From Geosiphon pyriformis uo1 (lineage: Eukaryota > Fungi > Glomeromycota), in contig JAAOMT010000460.1 of assembly GCA_016748015.1 (NCBI GenBank), positions 88,820-152,819 of the forward strand: a stretch of DNA of 64,000 nucleotides. Reading direction: 5' to 3'. Below, piece by piece: positions 39,691 through 54,023 of the stretch. Below the pieces are notes generated by a model. It was not told the origin of the DNA, did no database searches, and worked only from the letters and a program-made list of their open reading frames with translations. The translations under genes were made by a program, and so were the position numbers. Within the stretch, counting starts at the first letter, position 1, and each line of letters opens with the position of its first letter.

Positions 39691-40110
39691 TCATGTTAAT
39701 AAACTTTAATATTTAATTATATTAAAACAATAGCTTTTAATTATAGTTATTAATAGAATACTAATTTTTTTTTTGTTTTTTTTTTTGTTGTTTACTAATT
39801 GATTAAAAAAATTAAGTGCTAAATATTTGATGTTAAAGATAGTTTAATAAAAAACCCAAGAACAAGAATAGAAAATTTAAGAATAGCTTGTTAAAAAGGC
39901 ACAACTATTAGAATAAACTGATCACCATGCTAAAAAAAATTCACAAAAAAAATTATTAATTGAATTTCTACTCATTATACAAAAGACTTAACCAAAACTT
40001 TTAAACTCCAAAATTTTCAAAAATTATCAATATTCTTAGCTATTAAGTATTAAATTATAGATTTGTTATTTGTTTTAACACCTCAAATAATCATTTATAA
40101 TACCACTAAA
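39691..40110 (+). mobile_element. Family A 3' non-coding fragment (right of the LINE 1 insertion)
   Basis: Aligns to 12525-13045. Confidence 0.75.
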
Positions 40111-41736
40111 TTTGTATTTATAGTTATAATATTTATTATAATCTTTAAAATATAACTTTATTTTTATAATATTATTAGTTTTTTCTATAATAAAAAGATA
40201 TTAAAATATAAAAGAATTTTTTCTCTTGTTGATCTTCTGGTCACAACAAAAACTGAATTTTATTAAAGCAATAACTATTTTTTACTCTCTATTCCTCTTA
40301 TTTTCACAATTATTTTTTCCAATATATTTTTGTTCATAATTATAGATTTAACAAACTCTTCTGTTGGAAGTTTGGTAACAAGTTCGGCCAGATTGGGAAT
40401 CCAGTTAGGAGTGAAATCTAAGTATTTGATAGATGCTTATTTGTATAGTGCTTTATACAAAAAACCCAAGAAACTTATTGTTGTTAGTGATGTAATCAGG
40501 ACTTCTATTGGCTCTCTTAATCTTGCTAACATGATTTTTGATAATGACAAACCTATTAAATCCTGGAGTAGTAAAGTGAATAGTAAGACAAGCAGTATCA
40601 GTGAGATTTTGGACCTAAAAAACATGAAAAATACAGTGGCAGAGGAAATCAGCTATACAGATTCAAACACTTTGGAAGATGATAATGTGATAAACAATGC
40701 CATGCTCAGAAAAATTTGCACCAGAATGTATGTTCTGGGCAGCCAGCCAAAGAAACTATCTTTCAGTAATATTAATAACAACAATGACATTATTCTACCA
40801 CTTCCAGTTCCCAAGTTCTCTAACAGTAGTTGTTTGCTTATTGTAAAGTCATGTGTCTCAAACAAAAAAAATTTCAAGCCAGTTAAATCTTTTGCATTGG
40901 ATATTGAATTATCAGCTGTGCTAGGCAAGTCCAATGGTAATAAATTAATTGCAGTAAAAAAAATTTTTTGTCAAGTAAATGGTTTTGGGGAGCTTTAACT
41001 CTCTCAAAATTTTCAGGAATCATTAAAGCTTTATTTACTTTTGAATCTAATATGAATAAGATAAGAGAATTAGCAATCTGTAAAAAAATTATGGTTAATA
41101 ATGATTTCAAAAAAGTAAACAGTCACTTGAATTGGAAAATAATTGTTAAGAAGATTCCAGTTAATTTTTCCAAATTGGCTGTAGAGTCAGTTTTTTTTAA
41201 GTTTGGTAAGATTGTATCAATCAAGATACAGCTGATTGGTTTATGGCAAAAGACTTTGGTAGAATATAAATTATCTAAGATAGCTGATTTGGTTATAGCT
41301 AAATAATCTGTTCTCATAAGAAAAGATTCTGTTTGTATGGCAAAAACCATTGGTAATAAACATATGTAAGTGTCCAAGAATTAGTATTGGGCTTTGTTGT
41401 ATACACTTTTAGTTGGCACTACTGCTTATGACTTAGCTGACTTGTTGGTTTCTTATAGTGAAAAAACTTGCTTCATTGGCTGTAATCCAAATTTATATGT
41501 ACATAATAAATATGCTATAGTGTGTTTTGAAAGTAAGGCATTTAGATTGGCTGCTATTAATTCTATTCTAGTTTTTAAAGGTGTGAATTTGCATTGGACT
41601 GGGCTTTTTTTGGTCTGCTGTGTTCAATATAAACAGTTTAGTCATATTTTTGTTGATTGTTTAATAAGTGGGAATTCTGGTAGTTGTAGTAGGTGTGTAG
41701 TAATTTCTCAAAATTGGGCTTGTTTGACCAATATAT

Positions 41737-42458
41737 TGTTATAGGTTAAAATAACAAGTTAATAAATAGCAAAAGAGAACAAAATTGTAGGATAATAAAA
41801 AGAATCAAAGAGAATTCAGCTTCAAAGAGCAAATTGAATAAGTATAGATTCAATGTGCAAGATCAGTCTCATAAAATATCTCAGTTGCTATACTTTTCAA
41901 AAATAACCAGGGAATTTGAAGATAGAGGGATAGTCTATACTGTTAACAAATAATCACACACTGATATAATTTTATGCCTTATATCAGCACTCTTAGAATT
42001 CAATATTAGATATCAAATGTGCTTTTTAGTCATGTTTTATTCAATAATCTTCAAATGTTACAATTACATGTTTCAAGAAAAGAGTAAAAAATAACCAACA
42101 AGTAATCTTTTATCCCAAGATGTTCAGATACTTAAAGATAGGAAAAGAAAAATTAGTAATAAGAAAATGATTGAGATGAAAGTTGTTATTTTATTTTATT
42201 TTTTTCTTTGATTCTTATATTCTTACATGCTTTTCTATAGCTAAGAGATTCATTGCTTATATAGTTATTAAAAGTGGTCAATGATCAGGTTAACAACTAA
42301 GTCAATAATCAGATCAATGATCAGATTAATAATTAGGTCAATGGTCAGATCATTGATCAGATCAATGATTACTATCTAAAATTAGAGTGGCTAATTATGT
42401 GATATTAGTGGCTAATACATGTGATAATTAATAAGAAGTATAGATTTCAACTGTAACA
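41737..42458 (-). repeat. 3' LTR of Gypsy B (722 bp)
   Basis: Preceded on the minus strand by purine tract GAAGAAGATAA (42459-42469). Contains eight 12-bp repeats. Confidence 0.93.
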
Positions 42459-44803
42459 TTATCTTCTTCAAAGAGATTGAGCTTCAGCAAAATCAAGTTA
42501 TTTATGGTGTAATCTATTTGAAGAGTTTTATCTAACTCAAAGCTAACTAGTTTGTTAAAGTTTTTTGTAGATAGGATATATAATACTTAAAGTAAAATAA
42601 GTTTTATATCCAAGAGACCAAATCTTTGTATTAGGGTTTTGGCTCTTTTAGTAATAGTTAAAACTCTTGGAATATCTAATCATATAATGTCCAAAATTTC
42701 AGTCTGTATCTTTGAAGTTGTTTTTTTTATGAGTTTTATATCCTTTATAATTTTTTTAAGACGACCATAAAGTTCTAATTGCCTTCTATATGACAAGTTT
42801 TTGCCTATAAATAAGATTTCTTGAAGTGTTTTTCCAATTGTATTGAAAAATAGAAGTATAGCTGCTGTTATACTTTTCAACAGATATTTATCTATTTTGT
42901 TACCAATTCTTTTTCTTTTAGTAGTGGTTTTCTTTGGTCTAATAACAATATGTGTTTTACTGTTATCAGTTATGGTGGTTTGTTTTCCAATGGTCAAAGT
43001 AGTATTTGAATAGTTTTTGATCTAATACTTATAAAGAGTATAAAAGGCGTTGTTACTGAAAGATTTTCACACTTTTCAATGCAAAAATTACAACACATAC
43101 AATAGAAATTAACATCAAAATCATGCAAAAAAGGCCTACATCATCACACTTAATCAACAAAATCAGCCAGCAATCTGGAAATAAATGATCAGCAATTAAT
43201 CTAATTACAACAAAAAAATATGGCACAATCCAACAGTTTAACTAAGTTGGATATAAAAAAATCTTGGCAAACTAAGAAACACCAATAGAAATGAATGATT
43301 GATGTATGTAATCAGATAACAACAGGTTTTGTTATACTCCAAAATTCTCCTATGCCCTTATTGGAACAATCTAACATTCCAGATCTGCAATTAATGATTA
43401 AAAGTAGTTACCAAGAAATGTAATTAATTGATTTACTTCTGATTATGTTGATCATAATCACAATTAGTATTATTGATTTACAATCAATGTTCTAGATCCG
43501 GCCATCTAAAATCTGATCATCTAAATTATTAGCTCTTGGATAAATAACAGACTGAGTAAGCTCATCATGAATTGATTAATTAAATGTATATAAATAATTA
43601 ATGTATTTTAAATAGTTATAATCTAGTATGTAGATCTGATGTAATTTAGCTATATACACAGTTCCTCTGTCAGTTTAAGAAAGTATTAGTTCAATACTAA
43701 GCCAATTCTTTGCTATAGTTTTATAGTAAGCAGTTAGTTTTTTTCTCTACTCTTTATACTCTCTCTCCTCTTTTTATACTCTAAATACTTGTCATCACAA
43801 TCTCAAGTATGTTTTCCCATATTCTTTATCACTATTTAGAATTATGTTGTTTATAATCTTTTACTTACTTGTTATTACCATTTCAAGTTGTTCTATTACT
43901 TCTGATCTTTCAAATCATGTGTTATTATCATTTCACATTAAATTTTGTTTTACCAAACAAGTTGTTAAATATAAAAATAAGTAATAAAATATCACATTGT
44001 TAGAGAGTGGTCTTAACAATAAAAAGTTTAAGCAAAATCTATTTCAGATATGTTTGACTTTCATAATTCCTTTTATAATTCCTATAACTTTGTTTTCAAA
44101 GCGGGCATTTGAACACCACACTCTTTTGATGACTAATTGAAAGAATTCTGGTTACATATTTCTTTGAGTAGTTGGTTTCACTCTTTGTTGCTAGTTGCAC
44201 TTCTAATACATAAAGAGATGTGACTTCTTTTTTCCCCTTTTCAAATACCTAAGACTGGTTCTTGCCCAAAAACAAATAATAATGACAATACTTTCTTTCA
44301 CTTTTAATGACCTTATTACATACCCCTTTTGCTTTCCCACCTACTGAAATAGTTCATACACCCATAATATGCTATAGTTAGTAGCATAATCATGGTAATG
44401 TGTATTCCAGATAAAAGTTATTGTCATTGCTAAGAAGTTACAAATCTGTAGCTTTTACCTGATAACAGTATTTTGAATGTTTTAATCCAGAAAATAATTG
44501 TTTATGTTAATTGAAGATACCTCTGTTTTGGAAATAATGCATTTATATATACTTGGTTTTTGCTGATCATTTGGGTCAGTATTATCACAACAAACAACCA
44601 ATCAGGATGTTTATAATATTTTTTGAGTTATGTACCATGAACAAGATAATCATTGAAGATTGTTCTGGATTGGTTTTAAAGAATATAAAAACTATTGTTC
44701 AAAACTTTGTTGATTATAAAGAGTCTTTTCCATCAGCTAGAGAATTTATTACTATAGACATTGTTTCTGTTTGAATGGTATTCTAATACAAAGTCATCAA
44801 CAT

Positions 44804-47800
44804 TTAAAGAAAATGTTTTATAGGTTTTTTTTTCTTAAGCTTTTCTTGGAACTGTTTTATCTTTTCAAAAGCAATTATTTGTGCTTCTACTAAAAAGTCA
44901 AGAATGATACTAAGTCTTTTTTGCAAAATGTCTTTGTAATTCCCTATTGTGATTTCTTCAAAAGATATTGTTTCAATATCAGTTTCTATTGATAGTATTG
45001 CCATACATTCATAAAGCAGATAAAAAAATTCATAACTTGTTATGTTATAATTTACAGTTTTATAAGCAAACAAGGCTAAAGGCAGTATTTTGTCCTATTA
45101 GTTTGTTTTTTTACTGGTTTTGGTTAAGATTTCACATAATGTTCTATTGAAACATTCTACTAAGCCATTTGTTTGGAGGTAATAGAGGAAAGAAAGTTTA
45201 TGACATATTCCCATTTTTCTACAAAGTTTTTTAACCAGTATACTGAGAAAAGCTTTTTTTTTATCAGATAAAAGTTCTTTGGGACAGCCATAATGGCAAA
45301 TAATATCTTTATAAATGAATTTGGCTATTAAGACTGCTGTTTAATCTGGAGTGGCTCTTGCTTTTACTCACTTTGTAAGATAGTCAATAGCTGTAATAAT
45401 GTATCTGTTGCCATCAAGAGTTATTGTTAAAGATCTAACAATGTCTATACTAATTCTGTTAAATGATTAACCAACAGAAATTGGATGAATATCTTCTTTG
45501 CAATTGGATTTGCCTCTTTTTTAACAGATATTATAGATTTTAATATATTCAGCAATGTCTTTTCCCAAGATAGGCCAATAATAGCAAGCTAAAGTTTTCT
45601 GAATTGTCTTTGTTTTTTCAAAGTGTCTAACTAATAAGTTAATATACATGTTGTATATTACAATTTCTCTTTCTTCAAATCTGATGACTCTCTGGGAGTG
45701 GTCAGAATCTTTTCTATTTCTTTTATATAGCTGGTTCTAGCAAATCAAATAGAAATTTAATTGTTTGCACAAATGTTTTCTTTGTTGTCAAGTGTATTCT
45801 GATGAGTATTGTCTTTTACTCAAAAATTTTATTAAGACAGAATAGTTGTCCAAGTCCATTGTCATGTTTGTTTGTAAAGGAGTTACTAATAATTAAGTTG
45901 GTTTGGTTTGAAAAATTGTACTATCACTGAATAGTAAGTTTAAAGAAAGTGTCGGTATTTTGATGATTTGCTCCTTTGTAGTATTAAATATTATAGTCAA
46001 ATTCATTCAAGTGGAGTATCTAGTGAGTTATTTGTTTGTGTTTCAGCTTTTTTTTATTGCACAGCCAAACCAAGGCTTGATGATCTGTTACCAATAAGAA
46101 TTTTGTACCAAGAAGATATTGATTCTAGTAACTAATAGTCCAAACTACTACTAAACATTCTTGTTCAGTAACTGAATAGTTTTTTTTTGCTGATGTAAAG
46201 GATCTACTGGCATATGCTATGACATGTTCTCTGTCATTTTTATCTTTTTGTAAAAGAACAGCACCAAGTTTATAGCCAGATGTATTAGTGTAGAAAATAA
46301 AAAGTTGGTCCAAATCAAGTTGTTTGAGAATTAGTTCAGTAACAAGTTTTTTCTTCAGAATTTCAAAAGCTTTTTGTTGATAAGTGCTCTAGTAATAATT
46401 AACATTTTTTCTGAGTAGTTGATTGAGAAAAAAGACGATTTTAGAGAAATTCTTAATAAATTTGCAATAGTAAGAAGTCAAACCAAGGAGAAAGCATAGT
46501 TCAGAAACATTTATTGATTGTCTAATGTTTTGAACTTTTTTAACTTTAGCTAAGTCAAGGAAGATTCCATCTTTTGTAATAAGATGACCAAGGAATTGGG
46601 TGGATTGTTATCCAAAGAAAGATTTGATTGAGTTGATTTTAAGGCCAGTATTTTTAAGCAGATCAAAACCCTTCTGTAAATATTTAAGATGTTTATCCCA
46701 GGTTTTTGAGTAGACTAGAACAAAGTTTTCTTTTACTGATTCAAATACTTTGTTCATCAGTTATTGAAAAGTAGAAGGGGCATTAGTGAGACCAAAAAAC
46801 ATGACTGTGAATTCATAGGTACCATACTTGGTAATAAAAGCAGTTTTTTTTCTGCTTTTTGAATTTATCTCTACTTGCCAGAACTCAGCAGTTAAGTCAA
46901 TAGTTGAGAAAAAAACAGCACCATTGAATTTATCTAACATCGCATCAATTTTGGAAAGTAAATACATGTCTCTTATAGTAATGGCATTTAATTGGCAGTA
47001 GTCAACACAGAAATGTAGAGTTCTATCTTTCTTGGATACTACTACAACTAAGAAAGCTATTTATTCTTGGTTTTTGGTATAAATCCAAGATTTTTTATCT
47101 GGTTTATCTCTTTCTTGATAAACTCATCATTGTGTCAATTGGATTGATAAAGCTTCAAATAGATGAGATAAGTTTCTTTTGTGATAATAGTGTGTTGTAT
47201 CACATGGGTTTGTCCAGAGGTATCACTTTCTTTTAAGATAACTGGGCTATTTCTAACTAACAGATTTTCAATGTCCACTTTTTTTTCTTTAGGAGAAGGT
47301 TTTCTTTGTTTTACAACTAGTAATTGGATTTTAGGTGGTTCATTTTCAAAGAACTTCTGTACTTCTTTTAGTTTTTCTCTGGGTATCAAACTAATTAGCT
47401 CCCAATCTTTGTAATAGATTAGACAGGACTTGTATTTATTACTAAGGGAATACAAAGATTTATCACACCAGCATCTGGCACAAGGACCATGTCACTAATA
47501 ACTATATTTTGCTTTTTTGTCAGGTTTTCTATCAAAGATTTTTTTGAGAATATCATAATAGGGCCAGCAGATCAGCTTGCCATTTACCATGATTTTTTTT
47601 TATCTGCTTTAATATTATATAATGGCTTGCTATTGCTGGTAAAAATAGTGTAAGCAAGTTTAGCAGTTTCTTTTTGTTCTTCTTGTTCATTTTTTTTGTC
47701 ACTTTTTTTATCATCTGATTCATCTGATTGTTTTTTTTCTTGGCTTTGTTTGGGTACTGAAGGAGTTGTCCAATGGTGACACTTAACCACAATGGGTTTC

Positions 47801-48140
47801 TTACCACATCTGATGGTTAGTTTACAGAGTTCATAATTAAGTAAGGCTTTTGCTTTTTTAAGCCATTCATTGCCAACTATTATGGTGTATTCTTTTGCTT
47901 TAGATACTTCCATGTTAGTTTCAATGCTAATGCCATTAATTCAGACAGAAACAGCTTTGGCTATGCCCAGATTTTTCTTCTTATTACCATGTACATTGGT
48001 TATTGGTCTTGTAGATGATTCATTAATTTTTCTGTCAATTGTTTCTAAAAAGTGTTTGGCAATAATACTAACAGATAATTTACTATCCAGAATTAGATTA
48101 ATAAAATAACCAGCCACTTGGGCTTTACAAATAAGAGAGA
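44804..48140 (-). pseudogene. pol remnant (Gypsy B): protease, RT, RNase H, integrase
   Basis: LILDSKLSVSII and IIVGNEWL (PR); FCVDYCQLN, FSTIDLTAEFWQV, MFFGLTNAPSTFQ (RT); YTNTSGYKLGAVL, VIAYASR (RH); IDIVRSL, LLSDKK, GLVECFN (IN). Confidence 0.9.
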
Positions 48141-48699
48141 TAACATTGCTGTTGTTAGCAAGTCCAGCTTGACATGGGTGTTTATTGGTTTTTGGTGTCT
48201 TTTTTTTAAAAATCAAAGATTTGCAAAGGTTTTTTCTAAATTGGAGATGGGTCATTAACTGGTCAAAAGTAATGTGAGCAGGCATTTCTATGAGATTTTT
48301 GACAACAGAATAAGAACCAGATTTTTGTACTATTTCTGGGGATTCCAACTTTAGAGAATTCTTAAAAACTTTGGCCTTTAGTGGCTTATTGTTATCAGCA
48401 GTTGATTTGGATGCTTTGTTTGGGTTCAGAATAAAATCAACCTTGGCTTCTTTCTTTTTTCTTGTTAATTCAGAGGTGTTAATTGCTAGTTCATCTATGT
48501 CATGATCATTATCAGTTAGATTAAAAGCATAAAAGAGGTTTTTTTCTGGTTGGTATGTACTCTCACTCTTTGAAGGTGTGTCTACTAGTTTAAAGGCTAA
48601 TAAACAGTGACTTCAACTAAGAAATTTTCTTCAAAGAAATTGATGTTGGCATGATTGAGTCTTTGGTTGGAGACATTGTTGTTAATGGTTCTGTTGTTT

Positions 48700-50045
48700 T
48701 AATTGTCATTGTTTCTGAGAGCTGGAGAAGACAGGAAAGAATTGTTACAATCTTTGGAGAAATATCCAGTTAATTCACAATAATAATACACAGATGGGTC
48801 ATGATTTTGTTGCCTTTGATAAGGGGGTTGCTAAAATTGATTAAAATGGGATTTAAATCTGGGTCTTTGGGGTTGTTAATTTTCTCTAACTGCTTGGGCT
48901 AAGAGTTTCAGTAACCAGACAATATTAGCTGTAAGTTTATCTATTAACTGTTTATTTGGGTCTTGAATTTGGGCAGCAAAAAAGATAACAGTCATTTAAG
49001 GAACAAGAGCCATAACAAAAGCAGGAGCAAAAACTGGAAGTGTGAATCCTAGGTGTATTTTTTGATTGTCTTCTATTCTCTAAACAAGTTCAATAGCCAT
49101 ATCTATTGTGGAATTATCTTTTAAGACCAGAAGGGGCCAAAGAGCATATGACAGATTTGTTCTCAATTCTTTTGTAAAGAAATGAATCTTTTGCTCTTTT
49201 GTCCAGTTTTTTTCAGAGTCTATTCTTTTAATTAACTTTCTGATGACTTTGGCATATTCAGTTACCACTTTGCCAGGATGTTGGATTCTTTTTTCTAATT
49301 CCATATGTCATTTGGATATTAGGATAGGAGTTCTAAATTTAGTTTCAAACTGGGTTGTAAAAGAAGTGTTTTTTTCTTCAGCATTTGTTGGTGCCCATTT
49401 AATGATTCTTTAGTGAACACCAACATCAGTTTTTTGTGAGAACCAAGTAGCAGGAGAGCCTTAAAACTAACCACCAACAATTTGGAACTTGTATTCAGTG
49501 TCATATTGGTTGGCAGTAGCTGTTCTCTCAAAATCATCTAACCATTCAATTGGATCTTGTGCATTACCTCTGAACAAGAGTAGTAATGTGTTATTTTTTC
49601 ATCTTAAAGCAGTTTGTATGTTCTGGAGAGCGATCAGAATGTTTTGTTGTATGGAGTTATTAGCCATTGGTTCAGGAGTAGCTGTTTGTATAGAATGTTC
49701 TGATTCACTTAAGAAAAGATTAAAAACAGAGATGGTTTAATAGCTTTTTTCTTCTGTTTCAAAGGAAGTTCTAGCTAACTAATGGGCAGCAATCCAAATA
49801 TGAATTTGGTGATTCAGGTATTCAAAATTAGGGGGCTGTTGTTCAAAGGTTGTAGAGTATAAAAGTTGATTGATGCTGTTGTTTTTTTCTTCAAAGTTGT
49901 TTTCAGAATAAGCTTGGTCAAAGTAATAAGTTGTATAGACTAGGTAAGTTTCAGCTGAATGCTCATTCAGGAACCAGTTCCAAAAGGCTTGGAATTGTCT
50001 ACTGGATTGTTTTTTAATGGGAAAACAAATTAAACAGGAGGGCAA
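48700..50045 (-). pseudogene. gag remnant (Gypsy B)
   Basis: DPIEWLDDFERTA, RIQHPGKVVTEYAK, QKIHFFTKELR (FTKGLR), and degenerate CCHC knuckle YYYCELTGYFSKDC at ~48745-48790. Confidence 0.8.
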
Positions 50046-50187
50046 AAGATTGAGTTCAATAAAGTTTAGATTGTTTTTGTTGTGTGCTTTAAAGTGTTCT
50101 TCTGATTGTTGTGACAGATATAAATAATTATTTATACAATAAAAAACAAAATGGATTTTAACAACCTTACAGAAAGCATTACTTTTA

Positions 50188-50835
50188 TGTTACAGGTTGA
50201 AGTAACAAGCTAACAAATAGCAAGAAAGAACAGGATTATAGGGTAATAAAAGAAATTAAAGGAAATTCAACTTCAAAGAACAAATTAAATAAGTATGGAT
50301 TTAATGTGCAAAATCAGTCTTATAAAATATCTTAGTCACTATATTTTTCAAGGATAACCAGAGAATTTGAAGGTAGAGAGATAGTTTGTACTGTCAACAA
50401 ATGATCACATTGGTATAATTTTATGCCTTACATTGGTGCTTTTAGAATTTAATATTAGGTATCAAATGTGTTCTTCAGTCATATTTTATTCAATAATTTT
50501 CAAATGCTGCAATTACATATTTCAGAAAAAAGATAGGAAACAACCAACAAGTAATTTTTTATCCCAAGATAATTAAATACTTAAAGGTAGGGAAAAAGAA
50601 ATTAGTGATAAGAGAATAATTAAGATAAAAGTTGTTATTTTATTTACTTATTTTTTTTAATTCTTATATTTTTACATATTTTTTTACAGCTAAGAGATTC
50701 ATTGCTTATATAGCTATTAAAAGTGATCAATGATTAGATCAATGATCACTATCTAAAAATAGAGTGGCTAATTATATAATATTAGTAGCTAATACATGTA
50801 ATAATTAATAAGAAGTATAGGTTTCAACTGTAACA
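50188..50835 (-). repeat. 5' LTR of Gypsy B (648 bp)
   Basis: Colinear with 41737-42458 but has only two 12-bp repeats. TATATAA on the minus strand at ~50706-50712. Confidence 0.93.
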
Positions 50836-53800
50836 ATATATAAGAAAAAACAGGCTTCTATTTTGTATCTTGTCTCATTTGGAGGTAAAACTTGGGCTCA
50901 AATTGCTAGTGGTTTTCCATCTTGTGTGGTTTTGTCAGTTCTGTTTGGTGTTGGTTCACTTCTGGGTGTAATATCTTCTCCTTTGAATTCTGCTTCCCTT
51001 ATTGTTTCTGGCTTAAGTGAGCATTTGACAATTATAGAATGCTCTATAGAGCTTTTGGCTAATCAGATTTCTGTTTTTGTAAAAAAATTGAGCTTTGTTG
51101 AATTGGTGTCTTTGACTACATCCTTTCACGCTTTCTTTCCAATTGCTCTAGTTTTTTTTGGCTCCTAACTTGAATTTGGATATGGTTTTGGACAGTGTGT
51201 TAAAGTTGTCCACCTTTTTTTCCTTAGTTGGCTTTGATGCAGTTGCTAATTTCAGCACAAGTAGTTCCAAGGTTCTCACCACCAAGGTGGATGGCTTGAA
51301 GTCAAAAATAGTGGCTTTGGAAGTTTCAGTTAATTTGGTTTTAGAAAGGTTGAATCATTTGTGTTCTGGTTTGGATTCATTGATTCTTTCTTTATCTCAA
51401 TAAGCAGTTTGGTTTGTAAAATTGCTACATGTAATGCTTAGGGTATGAACAATCTTGTAAAGCAAAAAGATATTGTTTGTTGGCACAAGAATATGGACAA
51501 TTTGATTTCAATTATTACTGAAACTAAGTTAAAGAGTAAAGCCTATCTATAGATTGCTGGTTTGAATTCTGGTTACTTGGGTTTTGATGTTGCTATTATC
51601 ATGAACATTTTTTTGGCTTGTCATGTGTGCAAAGTTTCTGAAGTGCATAGTTAGCTCTTTTTTGTCAAGTTGTTTTTTAAAAATAAACTTTCTGTATTAA
51701 TATTGAGGCTCTATGCTGGTACTTTCCTGGCTATTCATTTTTTTCAAACTGGTGAGGTCAACTTTCTGATTGCAAAGACTGTGAATGAATCTTTTTTCAT
51801 TATTCTGAGTGGCAATTTTAATGAAGATGGTTTTCATAGGTGTGTTAACTTCAAGAAATATCTCAATTTAGAATTAGTGAATTCTCTGTTGGAAAGCTTG
51901 GCTGCAAAGAGTTCTATATGAAAAAATTTAAGAAGTTCTGAAAAGACTATAGATTATGTGTTTATCTCTTCAAATTTGGTTAATGCAGTAGTGGGTTGTG
52001 ATGTTTTGGATGTTAGTAAGCATTTTAACACTAATTACTGATCTGTTTTTGTGTCTGTGAGTCTGGATGGGCTTTTAGATTTGCAGCTGAACTTTCTTCA
52101 CAAGCAAGCAAATAAGAATTATTGAAAGTTTGATATCAAGTATGTTAATAAAGCAAAATGATGCAAATTTAAAGAGTTTATGGCAGTGAATACAGTGATG
52201 TTTTCCAGTGAGTTTTTTGTGACTGAAAGGTTTAAGAATCTGAATGCTATGTGAAATGCTATTTACAAAGTAATGTGTTTCTTAGTAAATAAAATTTTCA
52301 AAAAAAAATGGTTTAAGAACTTTGACAGTATTTTTATCAAAAAGTCTTTTAAGTTTCATAAGTTGGAAATTTTGGTGTCAAGTATAGTTAAGTCTTTGCA
52401 TGGAGATGTTAATGGTGTGTTTGAGGCTCTGATGAGCTGCTGAAAATCTCTGAACATTGATAAAGTATCATCTGTTCAGACTTTGTTGGATTCTGATGCA
52501 GATCTTAATCATGTGTATTTAGCTCTTTTTAGTATATGCAAATTATATTGTGCTTTTAAGCTTGCTAAGTCATTGTGAACTAAGGAGTTAGAAATTAATT
52601 TGGCTATTAATAAACAAATGGAGAATTTTGCAGTCAATAAAGATTACACAATTAGAAGCATACTAAAGTATCCTTTCCAAAAGGTGGTTTTGAACTATTT
52701 GGTTGTTAAAAATGAGCTGATTTTGGAACCTGATCTGGTTAAGACCAAAGTAAATAAGATTATAAAGGGCTGGACTAGAAAACATAAGGTGGTAGTGGAT
52801 TTCTCTGATAATTGGTCTTGTCAATACCAGTCTTTAGAGCATGTTTTTGATAATGCTTTTTCAAATGTAATGTGTTCAATTGGTCTCAATAAGTTGCTTA
52901 GTATGGTTTTTAATCTGTTTAATGGCAAAGCTGTTGGTTTTTCTGGAGTCTCAAATAAGCTCTGGAAGCATTATAACAGGTTAGTTTTAGATATGTTTTT
53001 GGTGCTTCTAAATTCTTGTTTGTCTTGTGAGTTGGTGTTTCATGCTTGGAAAAAAGCTTGGATCTCAATGATCCTTAAGTCTTACAACTGGAAAGACATT
53101 TTTACTAATACTCAGCCAATTGCTTTGATTAAAACAGTCTGTAAAATTCTTTCTAAGAATCTTTTATACAGAATTTTGTTAGTGTGTAGCACTTTTAATG
53201 TTTTACATAGAAACAATTTTTCAGTTTTAAAAAATATGACAACACAATCTCTTATTTTTGCTGTTAGTTTGGTTATTGAGAATGTTTTAGAAAAAAATTG
53301 TGAACTCTGGTTGGTCTTACAAGACATAAGAAAAGTCTATAATTCTGTTAGATGAGAACATCTTAGAAGAAGCTTAGTTAGAATAAAAATATATGACAAA
53401 TTTATTAAATTTTTTGGTGCATATTTTATGATTCCTTTCTGTGTGAAGTTAAGAGACAGGAAAGTGTATGTGAATATAGACTGAACTTTTATTACATTGT
53501 CAAAACAGACCATTTGGAATCTTAAGCTGAATTGATATTTTTTCTTACTGCTAGTGTTTTTGTTAATAACACAATCTGGATTGATAGCAACCAATCTGTA
53601 ATCCAGCACATTCTTAATATTGCTAGTGAATTTTTTCAGATCAATAACATTTCTATTAATAATGATAAAACAGTAGTCATTTCTGTTAATTATAGTTAAT
53701 TACCCTAATTTGTCTATCAGTAGTTTACCTATTTTTATTGTCAAGAAAGACAAGTTCTATCACTATTTAGATATCTTTTTGTCAACTGAGAGTTTGTCAA

Positions 53801-54023
53801 AGCCTAGCTTGACTAAGATATATTCTAATGTTTGTTTTTTGCCAACCTTGTTCTAAAGAAGACTGTTTCTAATAAGCAATTTTTGTATTTGGTGATGGCA
53901 GTTTTTCATTTTATTGTCAGCTATAAAATACAATTTAGCTTTGTTCTTGTTAGTATATGTAATAAGTAGAATGCTTTAATCCATAAGGACTTGAAATTAA
54001 AATCTGGTCTGCCTTTTAATTTT

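Larger units (their letters stand above)
41737..50835 (-). mobile_element. Ty3/Gypsy family B, both LTRs present, degenerate
   Basis: Direct-repeat LTRs with TGTTA...GTAACA termini and exact TSD ATAT (41733-41736 / 50836-50839). Excision restores LINE ORF1 LTNIYKKKQASI. Order gag-PR-RT-RH-IN. Confidence 0.95.

Noticed and set aside
42276-42371. CRISPR-like array
   Set aside because: Head-to-tail 12-mers without spacers inside a eukaryotic LTR, and no cas genes.
50160-50187. tRNA primer-binding site after the 5' LTR of Gypsy B
   Set aside because: The sequence (TAAAAGTAATGCTTTCTGTAAGG) lacks an intact TGG and is too mutated to assign a tRNA.
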